NCBI GenBank assembly: GCA_965649825.1
Contig: OZ287703.1
Location: forward strand, 524,113 to 588,112
Source: Penicillus capitatus
Lineage: Eukaryota > Plantae > Chlorophyta
Reading direction: 5' to 3'
Length of the DNA stretch: 64,000 bases
How positions within the stretch are numbered: the stretch's first letter is position 1; each line of letters starts with the position of its first letter. Below the pieces are notes generated by a model that had not been told where the DNA came from, did no database searches, and saw nothing but the letters and a program-made list of their open reading frames with translations. Of the stretch, positions 24,367 to 35,700 are shown one piece after another. Made by a program: the position numbers and the translations under genes.

Positions 24367-25594
24367 TCATCCGCCTTGTGCATAATCGTATCTGACGTCA
24401 CATCACACTTTAATCAAAGAGTGACCGGACAGGGGGCCTACTCAATGGATGGGATGAGCGCTGTAATGAACTTTAGAAAGACTAAGAGATAACTACGGGA
24501 CACGGAATGAAGAGTGAGAATACGAGACAGTAGATGAGTGAGGTGGCTTACTGATCTACTGGGCAATTCTTTCCGCTCGCTTCCATGGTATTTAAGAGCT
24601 CCTTCATGACTTGAGCATGTCGACATGGATGTATTGATACGGCATGGATGTTCTCGTGGGGATGGGGATCCCATGTCAACGTCAGTCCTGCGTGTTCAGG
24701 ACTCACATCCGCACAGATCTGCAGACACAGCAGCTGTCACATCACCAACTCCGTGCATCGTCTTCTCCACCTGTTCCGATGTCAATGGGGAGAGACTGGC
24801 ATCGAAACCGACGAGCCAGAAACGTGGGACTTTGTACACCAAGTCATAGGTAATGTACAGATCGTAGAGTCTTCGGTTCTGTACCTGTGGGGGTAGAGCG
24901 CCCTGATAAAATGCAGTCCATCTCAAAAGTGCCAATAAAGACATGTGCCTCTTACTGGGTCATCTTCGACGTCCTCGCCAATTTCGTCTGCGGCTACTTC
25001 AGGAACGTCGATATCTCGATGCTGTATGTTTGATACCGTCCCGGGGCACACCCAATCTCCTGTCACATCACTTAATCAGCAACGGCCTTGCGTGTTTACC
25101 AATATCCCATACCATCATTCTGTTCTTCCTCGTTATCGCCGGTGGATTGTAACTGACTGACAGAATTGCACGGAGCTGAACAGCATGGACACCATCAGTA
25201 TCTCTCGATCCCTACCCACGCACCCACACAACATCACCTTTTCGCGTGACGAGGCACTGCTTCTCTCTGCCTCCTAAATAACCCTTCTGCTTCGAAGCAA
25301 CACCTCCATACCTAATAACCGTCCATCTGGTCGACCTTCACCGAACCCTCCCTGCTCACCATTCCCACGAAGGAAATGCCTGGACCAGATAATCCCCTGC
25401 TTGGACAAACTCGGCTGGTGTCAACGTCTACAGTCACTCTTTTCCAAACCAGTACCGTAGACAGTGTCCAAACACACTCTCTGTTCTTTGAACTGCGAGA
25501 CAGTGGGGACCGGTGTCACAGAGGCGAGGAATTTCATGTACATATTGTGCATGCCATGCTTAACGCCGCCTGCCAGATTCGGCTGTGTGGACAT
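24367..25594 (-). CDS. ATG3: Autophagy E2-like enzyme ATG3
   Basis: N-terminal ...VTPVPTVSQFKEQRTLTPAEFVQAGDYLVQAFPSWEW, then KQCLVTRK, RLYDLYITYDLVYKVPRFWLVGFD, catalytic IHPCRHAQVMK and YLLVFLKFITALIPSIE|YDY. Confidence 0.92.
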
Positions 25595-25837
25595 CGTCGT
25601 TTTCTCGATCGAAAGCGTACACCCGTGTCAGAGCGTTTCGTGTGCGCCACTTTGTCGTACGGCCGCTTCGGAGTCTCTTCAGTCTCCCATCCTGTCCCAT
25701 CAAGGAGTGAAGTGTATAAATGACGTGTCCTTTGTGTCCAGTCGTTCTGCATCGGCGTCGAAATCGAGCAACGAAGTGACACACCGACTGTGCTGTTGCA
25801 ATCGGACGGCTCTGCGATTCTGTGTTGGATTGGAAGG

Positions 25838-27101
25838 ATGAATACTGTGTTGCTCGGCGACGACGGCGATGGTCATAAGGCACCGAATTCCAAACAGAAT
25901 GAAAACATTCGCGTTCACTGTGAAGCAGCAGACTGTGGAGCCATGCTGGAAGTAGACTGTTCTTCGTGATAGCCGCACTCGGGACATGAAGCAATGCTGT
26001 GCAGATTCGAGTTCCGAGTGGACAGTACTGTTCCTCCCTCATCGTGCGATGTGGAAATTGCCAGAGGTGGGAAGAGGGGAGATAGGCTTTGTGGAGTGCG
26101 TGTGTATGTTTTTTCAGGCTGTTGTCGGTATGGCTGAACAAAGGAGGACAACCGATGGTGCCGCATACGCCGCTTCTCAGCCAATCCGCTTTCTACGCGA
26201 GTGGATTTGGAGACAATGTGCATCCAGCTGCGATGTTCCTCGGCAACGGACAAGGAACGGTACTCCTACGGCGTACAGAGATGACGGTGTAAAAGTGTGA
26301 CTATGTCAGGTGTCCCATGACCAGTCGTCGCCCATAACGACAGTGCACTTGGCACGGCCGCCTCCACTGTCGCGCACACACGGGATGTCGTACGGGGAGA
26401 GAAAGGCGAGAAGAGTGAGATGAGTCGATAGAGATGGGAAGGAGTGAGTGTAGGCGGTGAGAGATGCAATGGTGAAGGTTCTATTGACGTCATCATGCGA
26501 CACAGCAACGACGACGGTTGGAAAAGACAGTACGGTAAGCGATGAGCTGCATCGGAAACCATAGTGTGATAATGGTGTGATGGGATGTGGCATTTTTCTG
26601 TACAGAGTGTGACAAACAGTAGTGTATTCAAGCCTGACATGGAGTATACCAAGAGGGGTGCTGGAGGCAAGATAAGAAAAGGTGAGTGCATTGAGGAGGG
26701 CATGCGTTTGAGTGTGGTTGTGTGGATAGAACGTCCTTTTCGCCAGACGTCTCCCTACAATCGCTTTATGAGGTGCTGTTATACACTGTGCAATGGCAGA
26801 GTGATGTAGTGCGAGATGATGATCTGCAGCCGAGAAGTGAAGCGGATCAAGGCAGAGAATCCAGAAATGGATCACCGAAAGGCTTTCAAAACGGCGGCCA
26901 GTAATGTATGGGGACATCTGTTACACTGCTTCGTGCAGAATTGAGTGTTTTCAGTGGGCCCGATCACCAACGGCGTGCCAAAGAGCTTTGATCAAGACGG
27001 AACAGCCGGATGGTGAAAAGACGGAACAGGTAGAATCGCCGATGAGTGTGACAGCATCCAGCCATGCCTTGTCGCTGCAAAGTACCTTATGGTCTAGCTG
27101 A
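25838..27101 (+). CDS. YABBY: YABBY-family transcription factor (C2C2 zinc finger plus HMG-like YABBY domain)
   Basis: Exons 25838-25951, 26005-26066 and 26118-26259 give IRVHCEAADCGAMLE|IRVPSGQYCSSLIVRCGNCQR|LLSVWL. Exons 26730-26772, 26830-26905 and 26955-27101 give ERPFRQTSPYNRFMS|REVKRIKAENPEMDHRKAFKTAASN|WARSP. Boundaries of the middle linker exons are less certain. Confidence 0.92.
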
Positions 27102-28187
27102 TGTGACAGCTTCAATGTCGGGTTTTAGGTGATGAGCCAACTGGATGGAATGCACTCAGAATCCAATCGCAAGAGAAAGAAATGTCCTGTCCATTGAACG
27201 CCTCGAAACACAAAGGAATCAAATGCGTCGCACAGGACTGAAATTCATTGACTCGATCTTACCATTCTATGGCATGCATTCATGCTTCGTTGTATTATGG
27301 CGCGACGGAGATTTCTCCGGGGCAATTGGACACCATTCATAGATTAGGTAGTCGTTAAAGCATGCAACCGTTTTTTGTTTTTGGTTATTTCTTTGTGGCC
27401 AACCTTCCCCCAGCAAACAATCGTGGTAGATCTAACTATCTATCAAGAACAGCCATTTCCGTTCGTGTCTCGACATGTGATATAAGATAAGAATGTCGAT
27501 ACCATAAACATGATTGCGTCTTAACGAATTGTATATACAAGCTCTAAGGATTACGCGTTTCAGACAATCGTTGTTATGAGCCAGTTAGTATGCAGCATGG
27601 AAACCTTCAATGGCGGAGGAGAAAACTGAGCCGTCTTGTGTCCGCAGTGGTTGTTCTGTTGTTTAACAATGTCCATTGTCTATTGCTTGCCTTGTTGTCG
27701 TATGTTCTGTGTTATGTGCTTAAAGATTGGTCTGTAATTGTACGTCTGTGTTTTTCTCGGGCACAAAACTGAAGCACCGAAAATTGTCCCATACTGTAAG
27801 AGCTTTTATAGATGACTTACTAATGGATGCCATACGTTTGTTGTGAGAATTCAACGAATCAAGTCTGTACAGATCACAACATCCTGGATGAAATCCAAAA
27901 GCCGAAAGATAGGAATGTGAACGGCCGTTTTTAATCGAACATTGCGAAACCGATCCCCCACGCTTAACGCTCGTTATGTAACGCGTTAGAGAGCACTCTA
28001 CTCCAAGAGAAATCTGTATACACACGATCAAGTAACGGTGCTGCACATGGACAACCTCATACTCGGCCTATCTAACAGCACGGTCGTTGCAAGCATGTGG
28101 ATACAGTTATTAAATTTGATGGAGAGAAGCTCGTTAGAATGGTAAGAAAAAATCGAGAAGGGTTCAAAGAGAGGTAAACAGCTACGT

Positions 28188-29574
28188 TTACCGTAGGCGT
28201 TGTAGTAATCCCCTTTGTCTCCAGCACTCCTGGTCTTCGAAGAGGATCGCGGCATCTGGCAGTTCTTGCCGAACGCGATCCATTCTCTCAGAAGTGACGG
28301 GATGCGTTCTGAGCAACGCAGGAACTTGACCTCTCCTTGATGTGTCCTGTTCGAGACGATCGAGTCGACTCAGCATCGACGGGGCAGCAGAGGGATCGAA
28401 ACAGGCACGTGCCATAAGTCGCACTCCGATGACATCTGCCTCTGTCTCAGCCCGCCTCAACCACCACCCCATCAGCAAGCGCACTTCGACAGTGACTGGC
28501 AGTTACCTTGAGTGAGGCAGCGTAAAGAGCAGATCGCCGAGTCCAAGTGGCAAGGGTACCCCAAAGAAAACATTGAACAGAAACTGCACATCCATAGTAT
28601 GCCCAATCATTGCATAGAGGGTAAAGGGTGCGACCTACCCTGACGGTCGTCAGGATGCCAAGCTCTGTGATACGTTCTGCCTAGAGGCACATGTGAAGAG
28701 GGTGAGTGCCTCAGCGCCTCTGTAGAATGCGATTACAGAATGCCGTGCGACGACGTGGGCCACTTCGTGTGCCAGTACTGCTGCTAACTCATCGACATTT
28801 TTCATCAACCGGATCAGTCCTGCTGGCTTGATGTGACAGGTGTGATCGGTTATCGGATACGATCTTACCGGAGTAAACGACCACTTTGCCTCCAGGCACA
28901 ACGAACGCATTTACTTGATTGCTCTCGACCACCACAAACTCCCATTTTAGATGCTGCACGCCAACAATCTCACACAATGTCACTCATTCTGCGATACCAC
29001 GTGCCTTCATGTGTCCGCAGGAGCCTTCGTTATCTGTCTGGCTAGCTACTTGTGCTATTTTCGAACCAATGTGTCTAACACACAGAAGATCTAAGATGCT
29101 CACGTCCCATCACTTCCTCGACCTGACGAGCGTGACATAACGATGCGATTCCGGAAGCAATGTGCGATTTATCATAGCTTGTTGCTTAACCTGCCATCGA
29201 AGTGTGACCTTCGATGTGATGTGACGTTTCACAGACCTGCTGAAACAGTGTGTTTCCGATACGCCGTTCCAATTGGGTCGAAATCAGAATGGCATGACGG
29301 CGACGTGTATAAGGAATCGTCTCTCTACGCCATACCCAGAGCGCCAATCCCGTTCCAACGAGCCCTCCTGCCACGGCAAGGGCTATCTGGCTGGGAAATC
29401 GCCTCTGACGTTTGAAATGCTGATATCCTGTCCCCCTACATAACAGCATTGGTCACGCAATTCTGAGCAGATCGTCACGCACGTTGTGCGAAATCCCTGT
29501 GCAAAGATTATGTCACTGTGCTCTATCACTCGACGGTAGCTCTCTATACAAAATCGCTTTAGAGCGCGACGCAT
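28188..29574 (-). CDS. OMA1: M48 family zinc metallopeptidase, OMA1-like (mitochondrial)
   Basis: ETIPYTRRRHAILIS, WEFVVVESNQVNAFVVPGGKVVVYSG, ELAAVLAHEVAHVVARH (HExxH), ETEADVIGVRLMARACFDP and LRTHPVTSER. Confidence 0.88.
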
Positions 29575-29632
29575 GTCGACACGTTGTGTAGGGCAGCAAG
29601 ACGTCACATCATTTTTACCGAATCAACGAACG
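29575..29632. promoter_or_regulatory. 58-bp bidirectional promoter region between OMA1 and CobW
   Basis: Divergent inferred ATGs. It contains ACGTCACATCAT, which also occurs in the F-box/DUF760 divergent gap at about 44083. Confidence 0.5.
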
Positions 29633-31367
29633 ATGCCGTCCCTGACTGTCTCTCCGTTGGCCCAGCGCAGGTTGACATGGACGAAAAACGGGCATCGAAG
29701 TGGCCGGATCCTGTCGAGTCCTGCTGTTCAGAGACCACAGCGAAGCGCCAAACCGTCGCGTGTCCGATGTCCGTCAGAACGCACAAGAGCCTCATCTACT
29801 GCGGAATCGGCAACGGAGGCGCTCTACGAAAACGTCGTCGACACTCGGATCCCTGTCACGGTGCGCCTCCCGCAAAGCCAGCCTCTCGAACGAGGTGTGC
29901 GTGTGGATGTGGTAGGTCATTACCGGTTTTTTGGGATCGGGAAAGGTTGTTTGTCGCGCTCTGTGATGGGGCATATTATTAGTTATCGTGCTTGTTGTGC
30001 AGACGACGTTGTTGAACCGTATTCTAACAGAAGAGCACGGCAAACGTATTGCCGTGATCGAGAACGAGGTGCCCATTGACTGTAACAAACACCAGGGCGG
30101 CTGATGCGTCTTACAGTTTGGGGAAATCGACATTGACAGTGAACTCATCTCACAGAACTATGATTCGAAAGGACAGGGAGATGCCATCATGATGCTGAAC
30201 AATGGTGATGTGTTGACTGCTGTGTGCATCATGTGCGGCATAAGCCAGGTGCTCCATAGGTTGTCTCTGCTGCACCATGAGAGAAGATCTAATTGATAGT
30301 CTCAATGCACTCGTGAGCTGTACAGGGATGCATCCCATTCGATGAACAGGAATACTGTGCTGTAGTATGAGAGACGCAATGAGTTTGATCACATCATCAT
30401 CGAAACGACAGGTGCTGCGTCTTGACAGGAGTCCAGGAGGCAGTGATGTGACTGATATACAGGAGTGGCAAATGTGTCGCCGATCATCTCGACTTTCTAT
30501 CTGGCAGGGAATCTGCCGGAACGTGTGCGATTGGATGGCGTGGTGACTGTTGTCGATGCGAAACACATCGAAAGGCACATGGATGAGGCCATGGAGAGCG
30601 AAGGGGATGAAGCCATCGAACAGATCGCCCACGCAGATCGAATCCTTCTCAACAAAACAGATCTCGTTGGCGTACGTATCATGAGGCGTCCTGCTTGCCA
30701 GAAGGAGAATCGCATGCCGTGTTCAGGAAGGATCTCTGACAGATCTCGAACGACGCATTCGGAATATCAACAAAATGGCACAGTTGACCAGATCAACGTA
30801 TGCGGCTGTATCGGTGGACGAGGTGTTGGGAATTGGAGGGTTTGATACGTCACGCGTGGATGAACAGGTGAAGTGCTCTCGCACGCACGGACAATAGACA
30901 CATGCTTCTATGCAGCTTCTGAGAACCGAAGAGGAACATGAGCACGAGCATGAGCATCATGAGCATGAGCATGAGCACGAGCATGAACACGAGGAGCCCC
31001 ATAACCACGAGCACCATCACAACGATAGCATAACGTCTGTGAGTATCGAAGTGGACGGCGATGTGGATTTGGAGAGAATCAATCGAATGCTCACAGCGAT
31101 CTTGGATTTCAGAGGCGAAGACATTTTCAGAATGAAAGGCATCGTTTCCATCAGAGGTTGGAAAGAGAGATTCGTCTTCCAAGTTTGACACAGGAATGGA
31201 GAGAATATATGTGCAAGATTGGATCGTAGGGCGTGCACCAGATTTTCGAAGGTGTACCTGATCGACTTTGGCGTCCAGATGAGGAACGCATGACGAAGAT
31301 GGTCTTCATCGGAAGGAACCTTTTCCAAGAAGACTTTGAAGCGGCTCTCGAATCTTGCGTGGCATAA
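29633..31367 (+). CDS. CobW/COG0523 (G3E) metal-chaperone GTPase with transit peptide and His-Glu insert
   Basis: Spliced IPVT|VITGFLGSGK|TTLLNRIL, RIAVIENE|FGEIDID, GCLCCTMR (GCxCC), DHIIIET, LDGVVTVVDA, EQIAHADRILLNKTDLV, and a CobW_C domain (FRMKG...FQGVH...MVFIGRNL). Confidence 0.92.
30928..31020 (+). repeat. Coding (GAGCAY)n repeat giving a His-Glu tract
   Basis: Translates as EEEHEHEHEHHEHEHEHEHEHEEPHNHEHHH, in frame within CobW. Confidence 0.95.
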
Positions 31368-31583
31368 GAATGCTTCCTTCACGAGCAAAGTACATTTTTA
31401 AGAGTCTCTTTAAACAGTGCGACGCGCTTTTTTAAGAAAGAATCGTATACAAATAAAGAATCGCACACCACGTCGTCGACTGTTCGACGATCAGTGTCCA
31501 ACAGCAAAGGAGGGAGGGCACTCTGTCACATGCAAACGAATTCATGCTCTTCTCGTGAAAGACCTATCTCTGCCAAAGAGACA

Positions 31584-33698
31584 TCATGTGTTCTTTTGGA
31601 GGTTAGCCAAAGCCGCTCCCAGGTAATTTGTTGACTTGTCTGGCACATGGGCCACCAATTCATAGGCCTCCTTGTCCTCTTCACCACTGGAATCTTCATG
31701 CGCCACCTGCTCAACATTTAAAACGGCGTTTCAGCCAGGGATAGACTTACTTCGAATGTTTTGTTGCGAGCCAGAGGCTGTGGGATGGCACGGACACCCA
31801 CATCGGCAACGTCCACAGCACTGATGCTCTGTTTGACCCGCTCACCCTAAAGCGAAACGCACGGCGGTATTGTGTACAGAGCGACGTAGGTGAAGGATCG
31901 ATACCTGATCAAAGACCAGAGCTTTCAGTCCACCCGGTTCGTCATTGAGTGTGGTGGGGCGGACAATGGTGTAACTGACACCCGAATTGCGCACCATTGC
32001 TTCTCCTCTGCGTTGGCAGATGAGAATCTCCTTCAGCGTCTGCACATCGACGCCCTGTCGTGGGACCCCTGCACAGGAGATCAAGACGAAATCTGTCGAT
32101 TCTCCTTTTGGCAATGTCTTGATATAGTGCACTTCCAGATTGAACCGGCCAGAAGGCTGCCCATATGTACCATCTGCCGAGGTCACCGGTTTTCCACGAT
32201 TTTCAAATCTGCACGTGCGAATCGTTCAGGCCTAGTTGCAGAGCGAAGGCCTTGTATGGCACCTGAATCCCATGCTGGCGATTCTTGAGCCGTCTAAAGT
32301 GTCACTGCCACCCCAGTCTGGACGAAAGAGCGTGTACGGAATGCGAATTGTCGCGTATCCCCATTTCGTTGCAAAGCGCGCTGCAAACTTGCGCCCGTCA
32401 TCTGAATGGCACCCGCCACATGACGATGAGATTTGTGGGAGCGGTTGTCAGTCTTTTACCCATCGTGCACACCATGGCATAGACATTCCCGTCGCCTCGT
32501 ACGCGGAGAACAACACCTTCAGCTGCTGCCGCTGTCTCCGTCTGAATCGAACCACCCATCTCCGCCGCAAAGCCAATGTCATTCACCGCTCCTGCATTTG
32601 ATCTACTCCACAGATCCATCAACTGAACAAGCCCAACCTCGAAACAGCAGATTCCTCGATTTTGAGCTGTTGACAACGAAACTGTTTTGCCCAGATGTCC
32701 ACTGCTTGACTCCATTATTGGTTCCGCCTGACGATACAATCATGAAGGTGATAGGTGTCACATCCTGAGCATGGATAGCACGAACATGTCGGAAGTGGCT
32801 CTTCATCGTCCCCTTCAAACCGACAGACGCGTCCCAAGGCTATGCCTTTCCAGCCGCCCATTTCTGGAGCATGCTTGAAATTCATCAACGTCTTCTTGTG
32901 GCCCGGGCTCTCCGGTTTGTTTTTGTGCCATCTCTCATCCTGCATCGTGTCCAGCATCGCAAACACTCAACGACGAGAGGAATGATCACCATGAATGCAT
33001 GGAGAACGTGTTTGAGGCCGCTTTCAAAAATTAACTCGTATGCTTCGGCATCCATTGTCTTTGGTGCAACGGAGAAGATGACCTGAACACGACCATGTCA
33101 CTCTTGCGTTCTTACACTTTTTGATGTGACTTTATCCACGCCCTTCATTGCCTCTTGGCATTTCTGCGAGTCGAGCACATCGCCGATGATGCATTCCACC
33201 TTCGAGGAGAGCATTTCTTCAACGCTTTGTTCATCGCGCAGCATCACTCGAACTTTGTAGCCACGCAACAGCAGCTTTCTCAGAACAAGCCGTCCTCCAA
33301 ACGTCACATCCATCAGCTCATCTCGCGCATGACCGATCCACCTCACCTGTTTTGCCCGTTGCCCCGAGCACCAGAACACGCGTATTGTTCGCCTCTGGAT
33401 CGACAGAGAATACGGCATCCTGATAGAAGTCGCTTTCACTGAAGCTCTTGGTCGGAGAGGCGAGGCCAGCAAACTGAGTCCACAGATCATCAAAGGCCTG
33501 ACGAGACTTGCGCCCGAGTCGATAAGGTCCGAGTTCGTCGAGGCCAAAACCCGGCTCATTGTTCGGCTCGTTTTTCGACGACTCGCGTGGCTCCTCAGCT
33601 GCACGGATTCGAAACGCCGAGCCAGAATGTGGTTTCCGATGCCATCTCGTCGGGACGACGCTGGCGCAGCGAGAAGGAAAGACGCACCGTGTTGACAT
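31584..33698 (-). CDS. HCF173: HCF173-like atypical SDR (NAD(P)-binding plus CIA30 domain), plastid psbA translation factor
   Basis: Transit peptide, GFGLDELGPYRLGRKSRQAFDDLW, VLVLGATGKTG, FVLISCAG...RRGEAMVRNSGVSYTIVRP, GGLKALVFDQ|GERVKQSISAVDVADV, NKTFE and NYLGAALANLQKNT. An alternative in-frame ATG lies at 33719. Confidence 0.85.
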
Positions 33699-33727
33699 GA
33701 GGTTCGAAAATGAAGTCATTCGCGAAT
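33699..33727. promoter_or_regulatory. 29-bp head-to-head junction between HCF173 and PRL1 (shared or overlapping promoter region)
   Basis: Divergent start codons at 33698 (-) and 33728 (+). Upstream in-frame ATGs at 33719 (-) and 33710 (+) would overlap. Confidence 0.6.
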
Positions 33728-35622
33728 ATGGAGGTAGACGAGGAGGAGGTCGAGACGAAATCTGTCAAGGAGATGACGATGCTCTCGACGAAACGGACCT
33801 ACGAGATGTTCGCGGCGCATCGTTTGGAATGCCCATCCGTCGATGAGGCGAGGCGAGGACACCCCGTCGACCTTCTTCTGTCCAATCCCATGTCCTGTCC
33901 AATTCTGTAGCCAAAAGGCGAAGATTGCCTGCAAGATACGCAGTGAATATGGTGCCGTGAAAGATATCGTCGCCTTGGAGAACCGACCGCAGATTGGCCC
34001 AGTGGTACCGACGTCGACGAAATCGGACACCAAGAGTGAGACGGCTCAGCTCATCGATACCGTCCGGGAGACACATCACAAGTGCCACTCACAAATCCGT
34101 AGCGCGTGTGGATAAATTGTCGCGTGTCATGCGCACAGATCAGGGGCTCTCGTTGTGAGCGGACAAGGGAGGACTGGATCTGGTCAAATCTCTACTGTGA
34201 AGGGTGACGAATGTTCCAAAAGAGTGAGATCAGCGGATGAAAGTGTGATCATAGGATACGAGAAGACAAGTGCGGCAATCAGTCGTCGTTTGGGATCGAA
34301 ATGGCCGAAGCCTGCGTGGCATGCACCATGGAAGAATTACCGTGTCATCTCGAGTCATTTGGGGTTTGCTGTTTCTGTATACAAGCGCACAATGAGCAGA
34401 GGGATGGTTTCAGGTGGGTGCGATCCATTGCCTTTGATCCAGGGAATGAATGGTTTGCCACTGGCTCGGCCGATCGGACGATCAAGATCTGGGAAACGGC
34501 AACGGGAACATTGAAGCTCACGCTGATGGGTCACATCGAACAGGTCCATCATCTGAACGACTCGCCCGCTTAACGATACACATTCTCTCTCTGCAGGTCA
34601 CTGGACTGGCCATCAGTGCACGGCATCCTTACATGTTTTCGTCTGGACTCGACAAGAAAGTGATGTGCTGGGACTTGGAAGCGAACAAAGTACGCAAGAG
34701 AGAGGCGCATTTTTGATAGTCTATGCAAATGGATGTGATTCCATAGGTTATTCGTAACTATCATGGACATCTCTCGGGTGTCTATTCGTTGAAACTGCAT
34801 CCGACGTTGGATCTTATCATGACAGGAGGACGGGATTCTGTTTGTCGCGTCTGGGACATGCGAACAAAGCTACAGATCTTTTGCATGTCTGGTCACGATA
34901 ACACCGTTTGTTCCATTCTCACACGTTCCACCGATCCGCAAGTGCGATCGCAATGTCGATCTGATAGGAAAGCTCATAAGACAGTGCCTAGGTGATCACT
35001 GGAAGCCATGATGCCACGATTAAACTGTGGGATCTGCGCAAGAACAGGACGATGTCGACGTTGACACACCACAAGAAATCTATTCGAACAATGGCGCTGC
35101 ATGCTGAACAGCCAACCTTCTGCGCAGCTTCCGCAGACAATATCAAGAAATTCAAGCTTCCTTCGGTCCGGCGACCATTTTGTATTATGTGATGTGACAG
35201 CTCATCTCTGGCTGGTGATATCTAGGGCGAATTTCTGCATAATACGATTCAGAAACAGGCCACCATTATCAATGCTATGGCTGTCAACGAAGATGGCGTC
35301 ATGGCAACGGGAGGCAACAATGGAATGCTCTGGTTCTGGGACTGGCACAGTGGGAACTGCTTTCAAGAGACGGACGTCATTCCACAGCCGGGTTCTCTGG
35401 AGAGCGAAGCCGGAATCTTCGCCATGGCCTTTGACGTGACAGGTCTATCCTGCCCCACACCCTACCTTCTGGTCCACTCCATCCAACCTAGCTGCTTTAG
35501 GATCGCGATTGGTCACATGTGAGGCAGACAAGACGGTCAAGATGTGGAAGGAAGATACAGAAGCGACGCCGGAGACACATCCTGTCCAATTTAAACCTCC
35601 GCGCCAAATGCGCCGATTCTAA
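33728..35622 (+). CDS. PRL1: Pleiotropic regulator 1 / Prp46 WD40 splicing factor
   Basis: [87 protein letters not shown] and [11 protein letters not shown], ending [10 protein letters not shown]. An alternative in-frame ATG lies at 33710. Confidence 0.95.
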
Positions 35623-35700
35623 GGATCGCCATTCTCGTCGTTTTGTCTTTCATTTCGATAGCGTTCCGTCAATTGACGCGTTCTCTGCGGTGCGTCTTCG

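Noticed and set aside
24367-24944. ATG10 instead of ATG3
   Set aside because: The upstream exons encode the ATG3-specific N-terminus (LTPAEFVQAGDYLV...WEW).
27128-27241. Possible C/D-box snoRNA (GTGATGA ... CTGA)
   Set aside because: There is no convincing terminal stem and no recognisable rRNA guide, and it lies in the probable YABBY 3' UTR.
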